Source of the DNA: Candidatus Zhuqueibacterota bacterium
GTDB taxonomy: Bacteria; Zhuqueibacterota; Zhuqueibacteria; Thermofontimicrobiales; Thermofontimicrobiaceae
Assembly: GCA_049322915.1 (NCBI GenBank)
Contig: JBMOPW010000034.1
Location: 320,001-384,000, forward strand
Length of the DNA: 64,000 nt
Reading direction: 5' to 3'
Shown: in pieces, positions 36,013 to 45,978 of the stretch
Position numbering within the stretch: position 1 is the first letter of the stretch
How the letters are laid out: every line of letters begins with the position of its first letter
Made by a program: the position numbers and the translations under genes
The notes under the pieces: model-generated
What the model saw: the letters and a program-made list of their open reading frames with translations, nothing else
What the model was told of the DNA's origin: nothing
Database searches by the model: none

Positions 36013-38466
36013 CTATAATATTTTTACGACCAGCATGGTCATATCATCATGCTGGGGAGCTTCTCCCACAAATTTAAAAATTTCCTTTTTAAACGCTTCG
36101 ATCACCTGCTCAGCGGAATGATCCGGGTTGGATTCGAGCACGACCTGAAGCCGGTCTTCTCCGAATTCCTCCTTGTCGGCGTTCATCGCTTCCGAAAATC
36201 CATCGGTGTAGAACAGAAACAGGTCATTGGTCTGAATGCCAATTTTATACTCTTCAATGACCCGGTCGAAAATTTCTCCATTTTCAAGTCCCAGAGCCAA
36301 ACCACGCGGACTGAGCATTTCCACCTGCTCGGCATTGTGTTTCTGGATGAGCAATGGATTGTGTCCGGCCCGCGAGAATGCGAAGTTTCTCTGGCGCAGG
36401 TCAAATATCCCGTAGATCATGCTGATGAAGGTCCCGCGTTCTACATTCTCGTAAAACAACTCGTTCATGTTAATCATGATTTCCCGCGGCGACAGGCCGG
36501 ATTTCGCCTGGGATTTGAGGAAGCCTTTGGTCAGCGTCATGTGAAACGCCGCCGAGATGCCCTTGCCTGAGACGTCGCCGATCACCACGCCCAGGTGATG
36601 ATCGTCGATTTCGATGAAATCAAAATAGTCGCCGCCAACCTCAGTGGCTGGAATACACATACTGGCGATATCGATGCCCTGGATTTTCGGTTTGGATCGC
36701 GGCAGGAAACTCAATTGCACCCGCCGGGCGATCTCCAATTCCCGCTGAACGCGCTGCCGCTCCGCCTGGCGTTGAACATAATCCGGCACATATTTTTCAA
36801 TTTTAACAAGATCGCCTCTTCGACTGAGGCCAATGAGCGCAACGATGATGGAGCATCCGATAATCACCCACATCGCGTAGCCGTTCCAGGCGAGAAAACC
36901 ATCGTCCATGAAAGTGAACGGATACAGCGCTCGAAGCATGATGTACACAAACGCTCCCCACCAGACCGTCATAAAATCCGTCTTCAAAAAGAAGATGACG
37001 AACACCAATCCGATGATGAAGTTGATCCCAAAATTGACGAAATAGGAGGACAGTTTTAAATTGAAGTATCCGTTGAAAGCCAGCACCCAAAACAGACCGC
37101 TGATGGCTGCCAAAACAACCATATTCCCGATTTTCTTTCGCAATGCCGTGATGACATAAAGCCGGAAAACCATTTCACCGAAACTCGATGTCAGAATCGC
37201 CATTCCGATGATGCTCAGCGCCGGCAGCAAAGCGATCAGATTGTTCAATCGATCATCATCATAATTGAGGAAAAAACTGAATTGGCTATTGGCAGCTTTA
37301 ACCAGGATAGCCAGCAGGCCAACCGCGATGAAGGCCATGGAAAGTCCGCGCAAAATGGACAGCGCAAATTGTGGAAACAGAATAATCCTATTCTTGAGCG
37401 CGTCGAATGTGAATATTTTTTCATGCCACACTTCGCGCGCCTCCGATTCGGCAATGGCGCTCACTGAGAAGAAACCAATGAAAATGAACGGCGACGTGAT
37501 CAGCATCGGAATGAGCATGGCAAGTATCCAGCGTTCATCTTCCGTAGAAATGTTCATCGCAAGCATCATCAGCCACATGAGCATCACAAAAATGCTCAGA
37601 AATAAATTGCTCTTCAGGTCAATTTCATCCCGCCTCAATTTTTTAATGAGAACAATGAGAGCCAGAATGATGACGCCAATGAAAGAAATAATTTGCGGTA
37701 TGATCTCTAATTCTATCCTGTAACCGATGTCTTTGATTATTTCTTTAGACGTATATTTAACGTTGAATTTTCCGATCCGGGAACCCAGGACTGAAACGGA
37801 GACAGTCTCTTTTTCACCATAAATCAATTCGCCGCTCTCCCAGGTGAAATGATAATCGAGACGGGTGCCGGTTTTATCTTCATCTTTTGTTAAAAGCGAA
37901 TAGCGCGAGTAGTGGTCCGGCCGGTACGTCTGGAGGAACTTGGTCGCCATTGCCAACGCTTCGTCCAACGTGAGGGAATCTATCTCGCTTTTTTTTCCCA
38001 GGCGTACATTCAGTCCAATTAATTCGCCTGAGGTGCTCAACTCAATGGTGATTGTATCTGATACGGATTTACCAATTTCCTCTTTCGCTTCTTCCTGTTC
38101 TTTATATGAAACTGAAATAAAGTCATCCTTCTGCTTTCCTTCACGGAGCGATAACCTCCAGAAATAAATTGGGATTTCATTTTCCAGTATCATTTCATTG
38201 CTGCGCTTCAAGCCAAATGTCTTTTGAAAATATCGCAGTTGCTCTTCATTCGTACTGACCCGGCTTCGATGCTTCACCTTTGAAATATCGAAATCCAGAT
38301 TCTGCAAGATTTCATAAGCCTTTTTGACGATCTGGCTTTCATCATAGGTAAACCGAAGCGATGCATCCGGGAAAATTTCAGCATAAAAAACCAGGTACAC
38401 AATGAGTAGCAGTATCGCCACGAGGAACAGGACATAGTCCGATTGAGTGATTTTAACACGATTCAT
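36013..38466 (-). CDS. Membrane-bound PP2C/SpoIIE phosphatase with a periplasmic domain and a multi-TM (CPBP/Abi-like) region
   Basis: N-terminal TM, ~230-aa soluble domain, ~9 TM helices including GEMVFR; PP2C motifs VGGDYFD, DVSGKG, RAGHNP, YTDG and HDDMT. Confidence 0.88.
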   Translation of the reverse strand: MNRVKITQSDYVLFLVAILLLIVYLVFYAEIFPDASLRFTYDESQIVKKAYEILQNLDFDISKVKHRSRVSTNEEQLRYFQKTFGLKRSNEMILENEIPIYFWRLSLREGKQKDDFISVSYKEQEEAKEEIGKSVSDTITIELSTSGELIGLNVRLGKKSEIDSLTLDEALAMATKFLQTYRPDHYSRYSLLTKDEDKTGTRLDYHFTWESGELIYGEKETVSVSVLGSRIGKFNVKYTSKEIIKDIGYRIELEIIPQIISFIGVIILALIVLIKKLRRDEIDLKSNLFLSIFVMLMWLMMLAMNISTEDERWILAMLIPMLITSPFIFIGFFSVSAIAESEAREVWHEKIFTFDALKNRIILFPQFALSILRGLSMAFIAVGLLAILVKAANSQFSFFLNYDDDRLNNLIALLPALSIIGMAILTSSFGEMVFRLYVITALRKKIGNMVVLAAISGLFWVLAFNGYFNLKLSSYFVNFGINFIIGLVFVIFFLKTDFMTVWWGAFVYIMLRALYPFTFMDDGFLAWNGYAMWVIIGCSIIVALIGLSRRGDLVKIEKYVPDYVQRQAERQRVQRELEIARRVQLSFLPRSKPKIQGIDIASMCIPATEVGGDYFDFIEIDDHHLGVVIGDVSGKGISAAFHMTLTKGFLKSQAKSGLSPREIMINMNELFYENVERGTFISMIYGIFDLRQRNFAFSRAGHNPLLIQKHNAEQVEMLSPRGLALGLENGEIFDRVIEEYKIGIQTNDLFLFYTDGFSEAMNADKEEFGEDRLQVVLESNPDHSAEQVIEAFKKEIFKFVGEAPQHDDMTMLVVKIL

Positions 38467-38473
38467 CCAGTGT

Positions 38474-39781
38474 TTACCTCATATATTCGATAGCCAGGCC
38501 ATAAGGGTAGACATGATTTTGGGATTCTCCGATAATCTGCCCTTGTTGGTCGATTTTAAAAACAGTACCGCTGCCAGAATCAGCGACGATACAACTGTGA
38601 TCATAGGGATTGACAATCAAATTTTCCGGTTGAGTAAATCCATCTATCTCCACCAGCTTTTCTCCTGTTTCACTGAAGCAAAATAATTTGGATCGATACG
38701 AGTCATAGCTGAAATCCAGCACCCAGCAATTGCCGGATTCAGAATCGACTGCCACATTCAGAGGATGGATCAATTCCAGATCGATGACCAGTTCCAGTTC
38801 GCCGTCCGAGCTGAATCGCAGCACGCGGCAGCTATCAGCCACCCAGCAATCGCCGTGTGTTTGATTGACAGCCAGGCATTTTGGCCGGTACAGGCTATCG
38901 ATGACGACCGCAATGCCGCCGTCCCGATTCATTTTGACCACCTGATCCGAACCGATGTCAGCGATCCAGCAGGCGCCGCTTCCGCCATCGGCGTCGAGAT
39001 AATAGGGTTTGGTAAAACCATCATATTCCGCAGTCTTTGCGCCTTGCGTATCATATACGAGAATTTTTCCGAGAGTTTCGTCCGCCAGCCACACGCGATT
39101 TTCCCGGGCGTCGAAGGAGAGCGCCACCGGTTCTCCGCTTTCCAGTTCATCGACGATGCGCTGGCCGCCCATTCTGTCAATGGCTAACACGCGATTGAGC
39201 ATAACATCCGTGTACCACAGCTCTCCGGTGGACGATATCAATTCGATATCCCAGGGGTAACCGTCAACCGGGATTCGGTCGATGACCGTGGAGCCGTCGT
39301 GGGTGATTTTCAAAACATAGCGCAGAAAGACATCAGTGGCCCAGATGAATGTCGGCCCCGGCGTCATGCGGATTGTATCGCCGGGCAACGATTCGAAATC
39401 GCCCGCTTTCACGGTCATGCAGTACTGATAAGATTGATCGTAGACAAGGTTTCGATCTCTGTACAGATTCGAATCCGGCGGGGTGAAATGAATGAGCCGA
39501 AATGCAGTGTCCCCCACAGTCTTTCGATAAATGTGATGTCCGGAAAAATTTTCCAGCCCGATCGGCGGCCACAGCAATGTCGCCTGATTATATTCTGAAT
39601 AGCCGCGAAAGCCCTGGGGTCTGCCTCCGGTCTCTGGGTTTTGGGGATCAATGGGATTCAATCGTTCCCGGTCAGAGCATGATAACAGGAGGAGAATGCC
39701 CGTCGCCAGCAATGATAACAAGGCAAGGACGCTCTGCTTCGAAGATACGATATTGAAATTGCTACTCGTCTTTCTGAACAT
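38474..39781 (-). CDS. Lipoprotein with an FN3-like domain and NHL-type beta-propeller repeats
   Basis: Lipobox LLSC; RLNPIDPQNP; repeats such as GxCWVAD and VWLADE; start taken at ATG 39781 (AGGTGA upstream). Confidence 0.78.
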   Translation of the reverse strand: MFRKTSSNFNIVSSKQSVLALLSLLATGILLLLSCSDRERLNPIDPQNPETGGRPQGFRGYSEYNQATLLWPPIGLENFSGHHIYRKTVGDTAFRLIHFTPPDSNLYRDRNLVYDQSYQYCMTVKAGDFESLPGDTIRMTPGPTFIWATDVFLRYVLKITHDGSTVIDRIPVDGYPWDIELISSTGELWYTDVMLNRVLAIDRMGGQRIVDELESGEPVALSFDARENRVWLADETLGKILVYDTQGAKTAEYDGFTKPYYLDADGGSGACWIADIGSDQVVKMNRDGGIAVVIDSLYRPKCLAVNQTHGDCWVADSCRVLRFSSDGELELVIDLELIHPLNVAVDSESGNCWVLDFSYDSYRSKLFCFSETGEKLVEIDGFTQPENLIVNPYDHSCIVADSGSGTVFKIDQQGQIIGESQNHVYPYGLAIEYMR

Positions 39782-39846
39782 CTCACCTGAATGTCTAAAT
39801 CGATTTTTGAAATAAAACTTAAGCTCTAGTGATACACTTTTTTCAA

Positions 39847-39912
39847 CGCATAACACGCAGAGAAAAGTAAAAAATTTGATTTTATCTCTGCGGCTCTCAG
39901 CGACCTCTGCGC
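39847..39912. repeat. Short palindromic CGCAGAG/CTCTGCG repeat element
   Basis: ACGCAGAGA...TCTCTGCGGCTCTCAGCGACCTCTGCG inverted and iterated motif downstream of pgi. Confidence 0.5.
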
Positions 39913-39989
39913 TTAATTATTTTGTGAAAATTAATCTTCTAAATGGATATGGTACATTGCCGCAAAACGGGACCGCGAAAATGCCGGCG

Positions 39990-41294
39990 CTAAACGCCTG
40001 GCTTGTCCAACAGCCTGAACATGTTCCTTTTGTACGCCTCGACGCCCGGTTGATCGAACGGGTTGACGCCCAGCAAATATCCGCTCACCGCCACTGCGGT
40101 TTCGAAGAAGAAAATGAGTTGACCCAGCCAATATTCGTCCAGCGCCGGGATTTCAAGCGTCATGTTCGGCGCGCCGCCATCGACGTGGGCCAGGGCGGTG
40201 CCTTGATAGGCCATGTAATTGATGTCGTGAAATGTCCGCCCGGCGAGATAGTTCAGGCCATCCAGATTGGCATCATCCGCCGAGACACTTATGTCGGACG
40301 TCTCCGACGAGGTGATGAGAAATGTCTCGAACATTATGCGCAGACCATCCTGAATGTATTGGCCCAGTGAGTGAAGATCGGTCGTGAAATTTGCCGACGC
40401 AGGGAAAATGCCTTTGTGATCTTTGCCTTCACTCTCGCCGAAAAGCTGTTTCCACCACTCAGCAAAATAGATTAATTTGGGATTGAAGCCGGACAGGATT
40501 TCAATGACTTTTCCCTTGGAATAGAGCAGATAGCGCAAGCCGGCATAGAGATTGGCCACGTTCCGGAAGATATCCGGCGACACGAGCTGCTCCGCCATAT
40601 CCCTCGCGCCCCGGAGCAGTTCAGTCACGTCGAAGCCAGCCGCAGCGATGGGCAGCAGTCCCACCGGGGTCAGCACTGAAAACCGTCCGCCAATGTCATC
40701 GGGAATCACGAATGTGACATATTTTTCCTGCTCCGCGAGTTGCCGCAAAGAGCCTTTCGATTTATCCGTCACCGCAATGATCCGCTTTCGCGCCCCGGCG
40801 GCGCCGTATTTTTCCTCCATCATTTTTTTGAGCACACGAAAGGCGATGCCCGGCTCTGTCGTCGTGCCGGATTTTGAAATGACATTCAGCCAGCAATTTT
40901 TATCCTGCACATAGCGGATCAACTCATTCAGGTACGCCCCATCGATGTGATGCCCGGCAAAGACGACTTCGGGATTGTGCGAATGCTCCGCTTTGAAATG
41001 CGGCGACAGTGCGTCGATAATGGATTTCGCCCCGAGGTACGAACCCCCGATTCCGACGCAGATGAACACATCCGCCGACTTTCTCACTGCCTCTGCTGTG
41101 CCTTCAAAAAAAGGTATTTCATCGAGTTTCTGAAACGGCAAATCCAGCCAGCCCAGGAATTGATTCCCCGGCCCGTTTCGCTCGCGCAGTTGTCTGTGAG
41201 CCGCAGTAATTTTTTCCTGAGCCTGTTCCAACTCTGCCATTGAAATGTAATTCTTCATGTGGTCATAATTCAAACGAATCGCCTGTATCATCAT
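39990..41294 (-). CDS. pgi: Glucose-6-phosphate isomerase
   Basis: GIGGSYLG, ISKSGTTTEP, IGGRFSVLTPVGL, WWKQLFGESEGK and PFDQPGVEAYK motifs. Confidence 0.97.
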   Translation of the reverse strand: MMIQAIRLNYDHMKNYISMAELEQAQEKITAAHRQLRERNGPGNQFLGWLDLPFQKLDEIPFFEGTAEAVRKSADVFICVGIGGSYLGAKSIIDALSPHFKAEHSHNPEVVFAGHHIDGAYLNELIRYVQDKNCWLNVISKSGTTTEPGIAFRVLKKMMEEKYGAAGARKRIIAVTDKSKGSLRQLAEQEKYVTFVIPDDIGGRFSVLTPVGLLPIAAAGFDVTELLRGARDMAEQLVSPDIFRNVANLYAGLRYLLYSKGKVIEILSGFNPKLIYFAEWWKQLFGESEGKDHKGIFPASANFTTDLHSLGQYIQDGLRIMFETFLITSSETSDISVSADDANLDGLNYLAGRTFHDINYMAYQGTALAHVDGGAPNMTLEIPALDEYWLGQLIFFFETAVAVSGYLLGVNPFDQPGVEAYKRNMFRLLDKPGV

Positions 41295-41306
41295 TCCGCC
41301 TCATCC

Positions 41307-42476
41307 CTATAAATTTGTCCAGATTATAGTCACAGATACTAACATGGTGATTGAATTTTTCATTCGGGTCACAAAAATATTTTCGGCCAGCTTCTCGCTC
41401 CAGTTTGTGATTCCATAGTCCGCGCCGAGATCGATCTGAATGTTGTCGGTCTGAATCCCGAACCCGCCAGTCACCGACCAGGTATGAATTTGCAGATTTT
41501 TGCCATCGCGAGTGGGGTGAGGAATTCGGGCTAATCCCCATCGCAGCGGCGCCTGAATTTTGCCGTAGCGAATGCGGTATTCGAGGCCGGTTCGCAGAAT
41601 GTGCGAATTCTCCCAGTCGATCCAATCCTCTCCGCTGCAGGCCGTTTCATCTATAATTTGAATGGTTTCAGTGGCCTCATTTTCCGCCCGTGAATTGCTG
41701 AAAAAACGCACCTCATAATCGGCCGCAAGGAGCACATCCTCTCCCAGGCGATAAGCGAATCCGAGGCCGAACATCGCCGGCATGGTGATTCGGATCGTAC
41801 TATCGGGTTGGCTGATCTTCAAATCAAACGGCGTGCGGAATAATGCGCCGAAGGAGAAATCGTTCCGGTGCATCTGCAATCCCAGCGTGACATTGAAACC
41901 GTCATAGATGTGCTTAAAATCCTGAGTGACGCCATCGCGATAGCGATATTTTCCCTGATAAAAATTGAAACTCAGTCCGCCGGCAATGTTATTTTTCCAG
42001 GCAAATGCCAGCGCCGGGGCCAACACATCAACGCCGCCAGAGGATACCGGCTGAAATGCGTTTTCCGGATTGGCTTCAGTCGAATAGAAATCCAGCGCCT
42101 TGTAAAATCCGAAACCAACAGCAGCGCGACCGATTTTCAGTGGAATCGGGCTGGCAAAGCCAAAAAAATTGAGCGTTGCGTGCTGGTCATTCTCCGCGGG
42201 AAAAACGAGCGACGAATCGTTTTCAGTGAACTGCCGGTGATTCATCAACGCGGACAAGGAAATGCGGGACATATCTTTCAACTGCGTGAGACCGGCCGGA
42301 TTCCAGAAAATGGCATGCTCGTCGTTCACAAAAGCGATCTGACTGTTGCCCATGGCTTTCGCCCGAGCTCCCACTCCGATGAAATTGAAATCTGCCTCGC
42401 TGTAATTGACCTGAGCCGATACATTGAGAGTGAACATCAACAGAAGAAAAAATACGAATCGATTGGAATTGGACAT
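41307..42476 (-). CDS. Outer-membrane beta-barrel, FadL/OmpP1/PorV-like
   Basis: Signal peptide; GVGARAKAMG...AIFWNPAGL hatch motif; amphipathic beta-strands. Confidence 0.78.
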   Translation of the reverse strand: MSNSNRFVFFLLLMFTLNVSAQVNYSEADFNFIGVGARAKAMGNSQIAFVNDEHAIFWNPAGLTQLKDMSRISLSALMNHRQFTENDSSLVFPAENDQHATLNFFGFASPIPLKIGRAAVGFGFYKALDFYSTEANPENAFQPVSSGGVDVLAPALAFAWKNNIAGGLSFNFYQGKYRYRDGVTQDFKHIYDGFNVTLGLQMHRNDFSFGALFRTPFDLKISQPDSTIRITMPAMFGLGFAYRLGEDVLLAADYEVRFFSNSRAENEATETIQIIDETACSGEDWIDWENSHILRTGLEYRIRYGKIQAPLRWGLARIPHPTRDGKNLQIHTWSVTGGFGIQTDNIQIDLGADYGITNWSEKLAENIFVTRMKNSITMLVSVTIIWTNL

Positions 42477-42736
42477 AACGTTTTCATTTAAACAAGGTAC
42501 ATGGTAATTTCAGAGGGCATGAGGCGCCTGATTTTTGAGCTGAAAAACCAGACGCCCGCTGCTTCAATGTGTTGTAAGATTCCCGGACGTCCGCATCGGT
42601 TTTGAAAGTGCACAAGCAAGACGGCGCGCCGTAAGATTTGTCACAGTCAGTTTGGATGACTGGCAATGAAGGCGATTATTTCAACAATGCATCGCCATTT
42701 TTCTGTGGACTCCTCCGACGTGATCGCCCAGGTAAC

Positions 42737-42770
42737 AAAAAAGCGAAGCATGAAATCTGCTCCGCTTTTT
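42737..42770 (-). terminator. Intrinsic terminator, possibly bidirectional
   Basis: Stem AAAAAAGCG-AAGCA...TGCT-CCGCTTTTT flanked by A and T runs just after the stop at 42789. Confidence 0.65.
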
Positions 42771-42788
42771 CATTCAAATCAGTTGCAA

Positions 42789-43916
42789 TTAATTTCCAAA
42801 ATGGAAGACACCTGCGATGATGAACCGCAGATAATTGTCATTGTATTCGTAGGTGTCCGTGATGGCATCGATTTCATAGGAGTAAACATTGTATTCAACG
42901 CCCAAATCGAGATTGATGCTGCCCATGATCAGTCCTATACCTGCGGTCAGATTTGCGCCGACAATCTGATCGTCGTTCTCATCTTTGAATAGCGTCGGGG
43001 TGGTTGCAAATCCCAGGCGCAACGGCAATACTGTATTGCCGCTCATGTACAAATACTCAGCACCAAGGCGCACCTGATTGATATCTTCCCAGCCCATCTC
43101 CATGGATTCGCCGGTCTCCTCATCTTCGATCTCCGATTCGGAATATTTGCGCATTTCATAATCCCCGGCTATCGTCAGTTTTTCCGTCGCGGCGAAGGCC
43201 AGACCAAAGCCCAGCATCTGCGGCATTTTGATAGTGGATTTAAAACCGCCATCAGCGTTTTCTTCAGTCAGGTCGAACGGGGTTTTGAAAACAACTCCCA
43301 GACGCACTTTGTTGAAATCGAACAAACCGCCAATATTGAAATTGGTGCCGCTGAAATTGAATTCATTTTCGACATCTTCGTAGAAACCAGTTTTATCTTC
43401 CTCGGTGTAATTCGTCGTGCCGGTGAAGATATTGACTGAAGCGCCCAGCGAAATTGCCGGCGTCAACTGAACGCCCACGGATGGCGTAATGGCATTCACA
43501 CCGCCGGTTCGTTCCATGAAGTAATCGTCGCCATCGTAATAGTCGTACAGATCGATGACGCGCTGATAAGCCAGCGCCGCCACCAGATTCCGCTCACCCA
43601 CAGACAACGGGAACGCTGCGCTGATGAAGTTCAGATAAAAATGGGAGCTATTATAGGGATCCGTGTCGAAGTCAGGGATGTCCGAGGAAATGCTATAACT
43701 TTCGAACACGCCCACCACAGACGCCTCGGGCCTGTCCAGACGAACCAGACCAGCCGGGTTCCACGACGCCGCTGTGGCGTCATCAGCTACACCGATAAAA
43801 GCGCCGCCCATACCGCGGGCGCGCGCGCCGGCGCCGATGAAGTTAAAATCCTGAGCCAGTACAAATTGAGTTAACGTGAATAAGATTACAATTGTCACAA
43901 CCAGTTTGAATTTCAT
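42789..43916 (-). CDS. Outer-membrane beta-barrel, FadL/OmpP1/PorV-like (paralog of the adjacent gene)
   Basis: Start MKFKL at 43916 with AAGGAG; GAGARARGMGGAFIGVADDATAASWNPAGL motif; C-terminal beta-signal GVFHF. Confidence 0.85.
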   Translation of the reverse strand: MKFKLVVTIVILFTLTQFVLAQDFNFIGAGARARGMGGAFIGVADDATAASWNPAGLVRLDRPEASVVGVFESYSISSDIPDFDTDPYNSSHFYLNFISAAFPLSVGERNLVAALAYQRVIDLYDYYDGDDYFMERTGGVNAITPSVGVQLTPAISLGASVNIFTGTTNYTEEDKTGFYEDVENEFNFSGTNFNIGGLFDFNKVRLGVVFKTPFDLTEENADGGFKSTIKMPQMLGFGLAFAATEKLTIAGDYEMRKYSESEIEDEETGESMEMGWEDINQVRLGAEYLYMSGNTVLPLRLGFATTPTLFKDENDDQIVGANLTAGIGLIMGSINLDLGVEYNVYSYEIDAITDTYEYNDNYLRFIIAGVFHFGN

Positions 43917-43962
43917 GTTGCATCTCCTTATTTTGGTGAATTGAAAAGTGTGATATGACAAA

Positions 43963-45126
43963 TTATTTTGTAACGACTTTGTTGCCAATTTCAAACAATC
44001 CGGCGGAAGCGCCAATTACCCTGCCGATCGAATACGCCGAATAAACCTGATTCAATTTGACTTCTGCCAACTCTTGTGTTTCTTTACCCAATATCTTTTT
44101 TGTTATGGGATGAACGATCTCCTCGCCCTCGCGATAGATAATGCACTTCATGCCTTTTTTAATCCCCTGGTTTATGCCGATGTCGAGCGTCAGATTTTCC
44201 CCATTCACCGCAATCACGTACCCTTCAACGAGCGGCAGGTCCAGGCTGATTTTGGACGCCAACCGTCCCACCATATCTTTCAATTCCTGAATGGTGATGC
44301 TGGCGCTCAATTCATCCTGGGCAGTGATAATTTCGGCGGTCTCCGTATCGATGAGCCGGGCGCTGATCTGAATATTCCTTCCGGCGCGGGTCACGGCGCC
44401 GAGGACGATGGCATCCACGCCGATCCCCTTTCCGATCTCCGCAGCGGTCGACGCGTCCAGCACACCGGTCATACCCAATTTCTGTTCCTCTAAAATTTTT
44501 TCCAGTTGGGTTCGCTCAAACAGTTTAAAACGATTGAGGTTGTAAAAGGTGGTCATCATCTGTTCGACGACATTCACTTCGCCCAATTCATTGCTCATTC
44601 CGATGGATTGAAACGGCAGCACGGCCAGCGCCATTCGTTCGCCCACAAGTTTGATCCCCGAAGACGCGACTTCCGCGGGCGGCTGAGAGTGCGGCATCTC
44701 AGTCGGTTTCACCGGTTCTTCAGCAGGCTGCTGCATCAATTTCGGATCCAGGGGTTCGCGATCCATCGGATCGCTGCCTATCTTCGACAGGTATTCCTGA
44801 GCGCGGGCCGAGTATTCCTGTTTGAGCGAAATGCTCAAATCCAGGGCAGCGCGTTTGAACATGCCAAGATTATAAAAACAGATACCCCGTTCGCGATGAG
44901 GAAAATATTCGATGAAGTGCATGCCATAGGTTTTGATTTGTTTTGTATCCCGCGGTTTGACTTTCAACGCTTCGTTGAAATTTTCTATCGCCCGGGCCCA
45001 GTTCCCCTGCGCCATATTCTTTACACCGTCATCGTAATAGTTATACCACTTACCCCCAGAATAGAGCGATGACGTTACAGACAATAGCAGAATGAGAGCG
45101 GTCAGGCAACTCATGCAACGTTTCAT
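43963..45126 (-). CDS. Secreted TPR + CsgG/HfaB + FlgT-C-like domain protein
   Basis: N-terminal TPRs; ALAVLPF, LFERTQLEKILEEQKLG, TAAEIGKGIGVDAIVLG and ARLIDTETAEI (CsgG-like); LDIGINQGIKKG (FlgT_C-like). Confidence 0.8.
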   Translation of the reverse strand: MKRCMSCLTALILLLSVTSSLYSGGKWYNYYDDGVKNMAQGNWARAIENFNEALKVKPRDTKQIKTYGMHFIEYFPHRERGICFYNLGMFKRAALDLSISLKQEYSARAQEYLSKIGSDPMDREPLDPKLMQQPAEEPVKPTEMPHSQPPAEVASSGIKLVGERMALAVLPFQSIGMSNELGEVNVVEQMMTTFYNLNRFKLFERTQLEKILEEQKLGMTGVLDASTAAEIGKGIGVDAIVLGAVTRAGRNIQISARLIDTETAEIITAQDELSASITIQELKDMVGRLASKISLDLPLVEGYVIAVNGENLTLDIGINQGIKKGMKCIIYREGEEIVHPITKKILGKETQELAEVKLNQVYSAYSIGRVIGASAGLFEIGNKVVTK

Positions 45127-45176
45127 ATTCTTTTCCGATTTTTAATTTATAATTCTTTCAATTAATATGACTTAAA

Positions 45177-45205
45177 AAGATATTAGAAAAAATATAAAAA
45201 GTCAA
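45177..45205 (-). promoter_or_regulatory. sigma70-like promoter for the CsgG-like/barrel operon
   Basis: TTGACT-17-TATCTT on the minus strand. Confidence 0.55.
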
Positions 45206-45256
45206 GACAATTTTCTGAAAATAAAAGTGAAACTATTGCCCGAAATATTATGGAGT

Positions 45257-45781
45257 TTATTCGGAGTCGTAGGCGATGAGCGAAAACACCTGGTACTCTT
45301 TCAGTTTATCGCGGCCACGAAGGAACGTCAGCTCGATCAAAAAGCCGATTGCGACCACCCTGCCCTTGAGGCGTTCGATCAATTTTACCGTCGCGGCGAC
45401 TGTGCCGCCGGTCGCAAGCAGGTCGTCGATGATGAGAACGCGCGCACCGCTTTGAATGGCGTCTACATGGATTTCCAGACTGTCTGTCCCGTATTCCAGA
45501 TCATAGGTCTCTTTGATGGTAGCTGCCGGTAATTTGCCCGGTTTTCTCACCGGCACAAAGCCTTTGCCTAATTTGTAGGCCAGCGCCGCCGCAAAAATGA
45601 ATCCCCGCGACTCTGTGCCCACGATGAGGTCAATCTCCTCCGCCTTCACGTGGACTGCCATCTGATTGATACAATCCTGAAATGCAGAGCCGTCCTTCAA
45701 CAACGTAGTGATGTCTTTGAACCCGATTCCCGGCTTGGGGAAATCCGGCACATTTCGAATTTTTTGTTCAAGTCCCTTCAT
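45257..45781 (-). CDS. apt: Adenine phosphoribosyltransferase
   Basis: IRNVPDFPKPGIGFKDIT, ESRGF, RKPGKLP, YDLEYG and IDDLLATGGT motifs; start ATG 45781 with GAGGAG. Confidence 0.97.
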   Translation of the reverse strand: MKGLEQKIRNVPDFPKPGIGFKDITTLLKDGSAFQDCINQMAVHVKAEEIDLIVGTESRGFIFAAALAYKLGKGFVPVRKPGKLPAATIKETYDLEYGTDSLEIHVDAIQSGARVLIIDDLLATGGTVAATVKLIERLKGRVVAIGFLIELTFLRGRDKLKEYQVFSLIAYDSE

Positions 45782-45978
45782 CCGCTTTCTCCTCTGATAA
45801 TCGTATGGAAGTTCAAATACCAGCCGGGTCGGGGCTTTTCCCGGCGTGAAAAACACTGGTGCGAACATCGCCCCAAAATATAATCGGACGCTTGGAAATT
45901 CTGTGTGTCCTGCAACAATCTCAGCTTTGATGATCCGCCCATTCGTTGCTCCACACTCCGGTGGCAAGTCTGCCCGAT

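Noticed and set aside
43963..45126. Curli or flagellar system
   Set aside because: No csgA/B/E/F or flagellar genes in the window; the CsgG and FlgT_C domains also occur outside those systems.
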